DNA of 64,000 nt from Pseudomonadota bacterium (GTDB lineage Bacteria > Bdellovibrionota_C > UBA2361 > SZUA-149 > DAOLCO01), in the NCBI GenBank assembly GCA_027487795.1, contig JAIYCX010000037.1, forward strand, positions 25,360 through 89,359. Reading direction: 5' to 3'. Below the pieces are notes generated by a model. The model was not told the DNA's origin. It made no database searches and saw only the letters and a program-made list of their open reading frames with translations. Both the position numbers and the translations under genes were made by a program. This document shows positions 58,013 to 64,000 of this stretch, piece after piece. Every line of letters starts with the position of its first letter. The stretch's first letter is position 1.

Positions 58013-58213
58013 AATGAAAGAGTCTATGTTTCTTTTCTAAATTTTTATCTATTAAGTGACAGATCCTAAATTAAACTGTCGCCAACTTATCTCTAGACCT
58101 TTAGAATAAAATAATAATTCTAATTTACAGCTAGGTCCTATACTTAGATGTTAGCACAAATGAAAAGGAGTGAAATATTTTAGTGACTTAAAGTTGAGCG
58201 ATTTAGTGTCTAA

Positions 58214-58555
58214 CTAATATGCCTTAACATCTGTTCTTAACTTTGATAGCGCATTTATGCCCCCTGCCAAATTCAGAACATTAGTAAATCCCTCAGAATA
58301 AAGCATTTCGGTTACCATCTGACTTCTTCCGCCCGATCTGCATATTACTACGATCGGTACTTCGTCTGAATCTCTAAGCGAACTGATTAAGCTTAGATTA
58401 TCTTCTACTTCCATTACAGGTACCAGTGTAGAATTTTCGAGCCGAGTTAGCTCATACTCCTCTCTCTCTCTTACATCTAGAAGAACTAAAGGTTCTTTAG
58501 CTTCTAATAAGAGATTAAAATCAGAGGAGTTAATTTCTACTTTATTCTTATGCAC
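58214..58555 (-). CDS. Rhodanese-domain sulfurtransferase
   Basis: LLDVREREEY, ICRSGGRS, NLAGGI. Confidence 0.92.
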   Translation of the reverse strand: MHKNKVEINSSDFNLLLEAKEPLVLLDVREREEYELTRLENSTLVPVMEVEDNLSLISSLRDSDEVPIVVICRSGGRSQMVTEMLYSEGFTNVLNLAGGINALSKLRTDVKAY

Positions 58556-58584
58556 TTTATTTAAAAAAACTTAAGGTTTAGAAC

Positions 58585-58926
58585 CTAAGAAAACGAATGA
58601 CCGCAACCACAAGTTCTAGTAGCATTTGGATTATTAAACTTAAATCCAGTGCCATTTAACCCAGACGTATAGTCAATCTCTGCACCCTGAAGATACTGAA
58701 GACTGGCCATATCTATATAGACACTTAAACCTTCGACATTGTAAACACTGTCTCCCGGTCTTGCTGTATTTGAGAAGTCTAATGAATATTGCAATCCTGA
58801 GCAGCCCCCACCCTGAACTGCAATCCTAAGACCGTGATCATCAGAAAGGCCTTCTTCTAAAATAGCTTTTCTTGCCATTTCTATAGCTTTAGAAGAAATT
58901 GAAAGAGGAATTTGGTTTTGATCCAT
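58585..58926 (-). CDS. HesB/IscA/ErpA A-type Fe-S carrier
   Basis: GGGCSGLQY, GFKFNNPNATRTCGCGHSF. Confidence 0.95.
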   Translation of the reverse strand: MDQNQIPLSISSKAIEMARKAILEEGLSDDHGLRIAVQGGGCSGLQYSLDFSNTARPGDSVYNVEGLSVYIDMASLQYLQGAEIDYTSGLNGTGFKFNNPNATRTCGCGHSFS

Positions 58927-59012
58927 ACTATACTATTCTAGATACTTATTAACTCTTTGATTTTACCAAAAAATAAGCAACACGGGAAGACCTATCTCAA
59001 AGTAAAAAAATT

Positions 59013-61769
59013 ATGAAAAAGCCTCCTTACTCAAATCTTGAAGATAAGCATTATAGTCCTATAAACATTGAGGATAATATTTACGAATATTGGCTATCGC
59101 AAGCTGCTTTTAAGCCGAATCCTGATTCGGACAAACCTAGATTCTCAGTTGTTATCCCACCACCAAATGTTACCGGCCGTTTACACATGGGTCATGCCCT
59201 AAATAATTCAGTGCAAGATACACTCTGTAGATACAAAAGAATGAAAGGCTTTGATGTTTTATGGGTGCCAGGAACAGATCATGCAGGAATATCAACTCAG
59301 TCTGTTGTAAAAAAACATCTAGATGCTGAAGGTATAGATTTCTATTCACTAGGACGAGAAGCAGCAGTAAATAAAATTTGGGAATGGAAAAATTCTTATG
59401 GTGATCAAATTCTAGGACAACTAAAAAAATTAGGTTGTTCTTGTTCTTGGGATCATGTGAGATTTACAATGGACGAAGGACTATCCAGTGCTGTTAAAGT
59501 TGCGTTTAAAAAGCTCTATGATGATGGATTAATTTATCGCGGGAAATATATTGTTAACTGGTGCCCCGTAGATAAGACAGCTCTTTCAGATGATGAGGTA
59601 ACAACAAAAGAAGGAGGCGAGCCCGGATTTATTTGGCAAATCAAATACAAAATTGAAAATACAAATGAATATTTAACTGTTGCTACTACTAGGCCCGAAA
59701 CTATCCCAGGGGACACTGCAATAGCTGTAAATCCAGAAGATCCTAGATATAAAAAACTAATAGGATTAAACGTACACGTACCACTTACAGATAGACTAAT
59801 ACCAATTATCGCTGATGATTACGCAGATAAAGAATTTGGAACGGGTTGTTTAAAAGTTACACCTGCTCACGATCCTAATGATTTTCAGATAGGAGTAAGA
59901 CATAACTTACCGCAAATTAACGTCATGAACGAAGATGGTACAATGGGAGACCAAGCACCTGCTCAGTATCACGGCATTGATAGATTTAAATTTAGAGAAA
60001 TAATTGTAGAAGAATTAAAAAATCTCAATTTACTCCATAGTGTTGAAGAAAGAATGACACCCGTTGGCAGAGCACAAAGATCAGGAGCTGTAATCGAATA
60101 CCGTCTTAGTGATCAGTGGTTTGTTCAAATGAAACCGCTAGCGAAAAAGGCATTATTAAAGTTAGATCAAGGTGACTTAAATATTTTCCCTGAGAGATGG
60201 GATTCTGTATTTAGACATTGGTTAGAAAATACAAGAGATTGGTGCATATCAAGACAAATTTGGTGGGGCCATCAAATTCCAGCTTGGTATAATAAAACTA
60301 CTAATGAAATACTTGTTGATATCGACACTCCAGAAGAAGTTAAAAATAATCCTGATTCTTGGGTTCAAGATGAAGACGTGCTTGATACTTGGTTTAGCTC
60401 AGCACTTTGGCCCTACTCCACAATGGGCTGGCCAGAAGATACAATTGATCTAAGAACTTATTATCCAACTTCTGTTCTCTCTACTGCTAAAGATATTATC
60501 TACTTTTGGGTAGCTAGAATGGTCATGACCGGTGTTAATTTCCTAGATAAGGTTCCTTTTAAAGAAGTATATTTCCATCCTGTAGTATGTGACCATAAGG
60601 GTGAGACCATGTCCAAGTCAAAAGGAAATGGTATTGATCCACTTCATATTATAGAAGGAGCAGATGTTGTAACTCTTGAACGTCCTATTAGAGATGCTAG
60701 ACCTCCTCAAATGGAGACTATGTTACAAGAACTGCATAAAAATTATGCTGAAGGCTTTAGTGCTGTTGGAGCGGATGCTTTAAGAGTCACATTATTATCC
60801 CTAAACTCACAATCTCAACAAGTTCAACTTAGTTTAAAAAAGTTCGACGAAGTTGGTAAAAAATTCACAGATAAACTCTGGAATGCTTCCAGATTTGTAT
60901 TATCAAAATTAACTAGCGGTGAGACTAAAGAAATAAACGAAGAAAATTTATCACTTGAAGATAAATGGATCCTTGGCAGACTTGCAAATACTATTGAAGG
61001 AGTTGGCGCTGCTATTGAAAGTTATAAATTCCATGAAGGGATCGCTTGTTTTATGAGCTTTTTCTGGGATGACTTTTGTGATTGGTATTTAGAATTAACG
61101 AAGTCTAGCTTTAAAGACGCTACTTCTAATGAAGCTATTCTAAAAAGATCTATTCTCAAAAAAATCTTCTTTGATTCTCTAAAAATACTTCATCCAATAG
61201 CTCCTTTTATTACTGAAGAACTCTGGGCACATGCCGGACATGCTAATCCCTTATGCAAAGAAGCTTATCCTGAGATAAGTTTTAAATTTAATAAAGAAAC
61301 TGATGAGCAATTTCTAGTAGTAAGAGAAATTGTTAGAACCTTAAGAAATGTCAGGGCAGATCTTGGAATGTCTGCGCATAAGGCTATTACTGTAGCAATT
61401 AAACCCTTGAATGAAGAAGCTAAGAGCTTAATTAACCAGTCTATAGAAAGCGTTATTAGAGCTGCGAACCTCATTAGTCTCAGTACAGTAACTGAGCGTC
61501 CTAGCTCTTTTATCTCCTCTGTTATGCCAAATTTTGAGCTTTATTTAGATCTAACTGGCGCAATAGATATAAATGCTGAAATTGAAAGAAATAAAAAGCA
61601 AATTCAAAAGTTAGAGAAAGAAGGCTCTTCAATAAGTGCTAAACTTAATAACGAAAACTTCATCAAAAAAGCCCCTAGTGAAGTTATCGAAGAGACTAAG
61701 AATAATCTCTTAGGAATTGAAAGTCAGATTAATAGAATTAATCAAGTAATCAAAGAGCTAAGCAGCTAA
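59013..61769 (+). CDS. valS: Valine--tRNA ligase
   Basis: PPPNVTGRLHMGH, DWCISRQIWWGH, DVLDTWFSS, MSKSKGN, C-terminal coiled-coil arm. Confidence 0.98.
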   Translation: MKKPPYSNLEDKHYSPINIEDNIYEYWLSQAAFKPNPDSDKPRFSVVIPPPNVTGRLHMGHALNNSVQDTLCRYKRMKGFDVLWVPGTDHAGISTQSVVKKHLDAEGIDFYSLGREAAVNKIWEWKNSYGDQILGQLKKLGCSCSWDHVRFTMDEGLSSAVKVAFKKLYDDGLIYRGKYIVNWCPVDKTALSDDEVTTKEGGEPGFIWQIKYKIENTNEYLTVATTRPETIPGDTAIAVNPEDPRYKKLIGLNVHVPLTDRLIPIIADDYADKEFGTGCLKVTPAHDPNDFQIGVRHNLPQINVMNEDGTMGDQAPAQYHGIDRFKFREIIVEELKNLNLLHSVEERMTPVGRAQRSGAVIEYRLSDQWFVQMKPLAKKALLKLDQGDLNIFPERWDSVFRHWLENTRDWCISRQIWWGHQIPAWYNKTTNEILVDIDTPEEVKNNPDSWVQDEDVLDTWFSSALWPYSTMGWPEDTIDLRTYYPTSVLSTAKDIIYFWVARMVMTGVNFLDKVPFKEVYFHPVVCDHKGETMSKSKGNGIDPLHIIEGADVVTLERPIRDARPPQMETMLQELHKNYAEGFSAVGADALRVTLLSLNSQSQQVQLSLKKFDEVGKKFTDKLWNASRFVLSKLTSGETKEINEENLSLEDKWILGRLANTIEGVGAAIESYKFHEGIACFMSFFWDDFCDWYLELTKSSFKDATSNEAILKRSILKKIFFDSLKILHPIAPFITEELWAHAGHANPLCKEAYPEISFKFNKETDEQFLVVREIVRTLRNVRADLGMSAHKAITVAIKPLNEEAKSLINQSIESVIRAANLISLSTVTERPSSFISSVMPNFELYLDLTGAIDINAEIERNKKQIQKLEKEGSSISAKLNNENFIKKAPSEVIEETKNNLLGIESQINRINQVIKELSS

Positions 61770-61822
61770 TTAACTAAGCTGCTTACTCTTTAATTTATTA
61801 GCTCTTTGTTTTCAGAGAGCTA
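61752..61822. terminator. Two hairpins between convergent valS and ORF 61823
   Basis: AAAGAGCTAAGCAGCT...AGCTGCTTACTCTTT and TAGCTCTTTG-TTTT-CAGAGAGCTA. Confidence 0.6.
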
Positions 61823-62737
61823 CTACTCTGCTGTACTAGAGACAGGTCTATTAACTGGAATTTCTACACCTGTAGCAATTGCTAATAATGTTCTTTCCGC
61901 AGTTTCTATAGCTAGCTTTTGTGGCATATTAGACCCAGTATTTTGCGTCTTTAGGTCTTTTATATTGTCATCAAGCTGAGCTGCTCTGTATGACAATGAA
62001 AATACCCAATCAGATTCCCATCTGGCAATTTTTCCTGATTTTTCAGTTTCAATCAAAGCTGCTTTAATTGCACTTTGGCCAGTTTTACCTTGACTCTTAG
62101 CTTCTGCTAATTTTGTCTTAAAGATACTCTCAGCTTCTTCATCCTTTTGATAAAGCTGGTACATTACTACAGCTTCCTGCATTTTTAATTCAGAAACTGT
62201 ACCCTTAGAAGTTTCATTAAAATACTTAGTTGTCCTATCTTTAAAGCTTTCCTTTGTTGCGTTTGCATCAGAAACTAAATCTGGAGAAGTTTCAGACGTC
62301 TGAGTTGTAGGTTTTGTTTCAGCGACAGGAGTGTTAATTGTGCTGGCTGTATTTGTATTTGCAGCAGGCTTTGCAGTTAACTCAACTAACTTATCTACTA
62401 ACTTAGTTAATGTTGAAATAAAAGATTCAAACATAGAAGTAAGCTGTGAGAAGAAGCCTGACATTCCACCCTGAGTTAAGGTCTGACTAGATTCAGGACT
62501 AAAATCATCAGTAGACACCATCACGTTGATACTAGGTCTTTTAACTTTTATATCTTTAGTATCAAAATCATTCATACTAGTAGTCAACTTTTTATTTTCA
62601 AGATTACTGAAAGTAGATTCAGCTGTGCTTACATTACTTTCCTTAATCTCCTTAGTATCGAACATTTTACTATTAACAGGATAACTACTTGGAACATCTC
62701 CAATCTGTCCTGGGGATACTTGTACATTAATATTCAT
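61823..62737 (-). CDS. Hypothetical protein with a Ser/Thr-rich N-terminus and helical C-terminal domain
   Basis: 304-aa ORF with AGGAG SD; no Sec signal; amphipathic GFFSQLTSMFESFISTLTKLVDKL helix. Confidence 0.8.
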   Translation of the reverse strand: MNINVQVSPGQIGDVPSSYPVNSKMFDTKEIKESNVSTAESTFSNLENKKLTTSMNDFDTKDIKVKRPSINVMVSTDDFSPESSQTLTQGGMSGFFSQLTSMFESFISTLTKLVDKLVELTAKPAANTNTASTINTPVAETKPTTQTSETSPDLVSDANATKESFKDRTTKYFNETSKGTVSELKMQEAVVMYQLYQKDEEAESIFKTKLAEAKSQGKTGQSAIKAALIETEKSGKIARWESDWVFSLSYRAAQLDDNIKDLKTQNTGSNMPQKLAIETAERTLLAIATGVEIPVNRPVSSTAE

Positions 62738-62846
62738 TTTTTCTCCTAATAAGATAATACTTAAACTATAAACTCCTTGAGTTATCGCTAAATATTAAAA
62801 AAATTTGCAGAAAAATTAATTTAAGAACTATTAAAATTTAAAATGG

Positions 62847-64000
62847 CTAATTAGAAGGCAAAGAACCCTTTAAGCGTTCCGTCTCTATCATTTCACTTTT
62901 TGAACTTTTAATAGCTAAAGTATCTGAACCTAAGATTTCTTTAAAAGGAGTAGTTAGAGGTGCGTTAAATGTTACATCAACACTAACTTCCTGACCCACT
63001 TGTTGAATATTCACATCAACACAGTTATTGCCGGAGCTAGAATTACAGAAAGTAGCTCCCGGCATTAATCTTCTAATTTCTCCTAATGCCTTATCCTTAG
63101 CCATTATAGTATTAGTAGTTGAAGTATATTCTTGAATTGGGAGTTGTCCCGAAGCATATACTGGATAACAGCTAGCATAATTACCATTAGTACAATCAGG
63201 TGGCATAGTATTAAACTGACCTAAAAGAATAGGAGTCCCTACTCCACCAGTTCCACATGTGGTAATAAATTCAGAACAAGCTGGCATTGTAGACGCCTCT
63301 GCTTTACTCATTAGTTTTACTTGATCTGGAACTTCTGAATATTCAAAGATATAATTAGGATCCTTTAAATCAATTTCTTCTTTTACTTCAGGTGCGGAAG
63401 ATCCATAATGTCGTAGTGCCTCATCTAAACTACTAAATGACGGACCTTGACAACTTGCATCAGGCTTACAGTCTAAATCATAATCATAACCTCCCCCTGT
63501 AGACTGCAAGTAAGGTCTTCCCTGAGGTAGACTTTCTCCTGAGCTGTCTTTTATAAATGGGAATGCTCCAGTAAGTGGTAGCATATAGCTATTCTTCTTT
63601 ATTAACTGTGTGCTTGCTACTAATTCATCATAGCCATTAGCATTAGAAAATCCTGCTTCTGAAATTATGCTATTTATAACTTTTTGTTTGATACTAGTAA
63701 GTGTTTGATCGTTTTCATTTTTCTTATCAAAGTTTTTTACTAAATTATTATTACTTAGTTCTTTAGGATTACTTCCACCATAATCTCTTACTGCAGTAGG
63801 GTTTATTATCGCAGTACCATAATAATTGGACTTGCTCCAAGAAGGCTCCCAACTCGCTCCCGAAACACCAGGTCTAAAAACTTCGTCATCAATCTTTGAA
63901 ATAAATTCATTATCAAATGTAGTGAGATTTTTGTTAGTTTTATGCTTATTTTTTGAAACAGCTGATTCAGTATTACTAGCATACTCTATTTCTAAACTTT
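62847..64000 (-). CDS. Large Cys-containing protein with a TadE-like C-terminus; 5' end lies beyond the window
   Basis: Frame is stop-free from 62850 to the window edge (read codon by codon); C-terminal VSVDVTFNAPLTTPF...LAIKSS..MIE resembles TadE/TadG pseudopilin ends. Confidence 0.55.
   Translation of the reverse strand, partial: SLEIEYASNTESAVSKNKHKTNKNLTTFDNEFISKIDDEVFRPGVSGASWEPSWSKSNYYGTAIINPTAVRDYGGSNPKELSNNNLVKNFDKKNENDQTLTSIKQKVINSIISEAGFSNANGYDELVASTQLIKKNSYMLPLTGAFPFIKDSSGESLPQGRPYLQSTGGGYDYDLDCKPDASCQGPSFSSLDEALRHYGSSAPEVKEEIDLKDPNYIFEYSEVPDQVKLMSKAEASTMPACSEFITTCGTGGVGTPILLGQFNTMPPDCTNGNYASCYPVYASGQLPIQEYTSTTNTIMAKDKALGEIRRLMPGATFCNSSSGNNCVDVNIQQVGQEVSVDVTFNAPLTTPFKEILGSDTLAIKSSKSEMIETERLKGSLPSN

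Noticed and set aside
58013-58213. c-di-GMP riboswitch in the OmpA-like gene leader
   Set aside because: No GEMM-type conserved core (GCAAA/GNRA tetraloop-receptor) found on the coding strand.
567-61474. Short ORF-track entries antisense to or nested in long genes (e.g. 567, 1639, 6747, 12038, 13064, 14692, 17633, 18137, 22857, 25975, 27825, 28616, 33795, 35244, 36699, 40385, 40410, 40674, 49170, 50631, 52500, 55126, 56572, 57634, 59534, 61265)
   Set aside because: Shadow frames of well-supported genes with no motifs or independent start signals.
1-64000. Prophage, IS element, defence island or alternative genetic code
   Set aside because: No integrase, transposase, phage or defence motifs seen; conserved genes translate full-length with the standard code.

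Overview
AT-rich (roughly one-third GC by eye), densely coded bacterial chromosomal segment using the standard genetic code. Gene content suggests a deltaproteobacterial/Bdellovibrionota-like lineage (inference). Recognisable content: tRNA-His; a Wzc/PCP, TPR and short-OPX polysaccharide export locus; a prephenate dehydratase-dehydrogenase fusion; an orphan VirB2/TrbC-like pilin; mscS; flgKL; a partial complex I operon (nuoCDEFGHJKLMN, no nuoA/B/I); yajQ, purM, ahcY, sppA; an orphan OmpR-type regulator; an anti-sigma-led operon of envelope proteins; a VKOR-DsbA fusion beside a large Cys/Asp-repeat secreted protein; a photolyase-hslO-NUDIX-UvrD-glutaredoxin run; CBS, dprA, an atypical adenosine-deaminase-family enzyme, pyk, two divergent MerR-like HTH genes, OmpA-like, rhodanese, HesB/IscA and valS; and a 5'-truncated TadE-like gene at the right edge. 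No transposase, integrase, rRNA or CRISPR array was seen. The most notable signal not explained by the gene calls is a recurring, correctly oriented sigma28/FliA-type promoter (T[A/C]AA-N16/17-[T/A]CCGATA) in front of four unrelated, mostly uncharacterised genes, suggesting an undescribed non-structural late-flagellar regulon. Other highlights: an unannotated 45-aa membrane protein, an Fe-S-free bacterial (6-4)-type photolyase, a RacA-like HTH/coiled-coil protein and a possible split OPX/beta-barrel export system.
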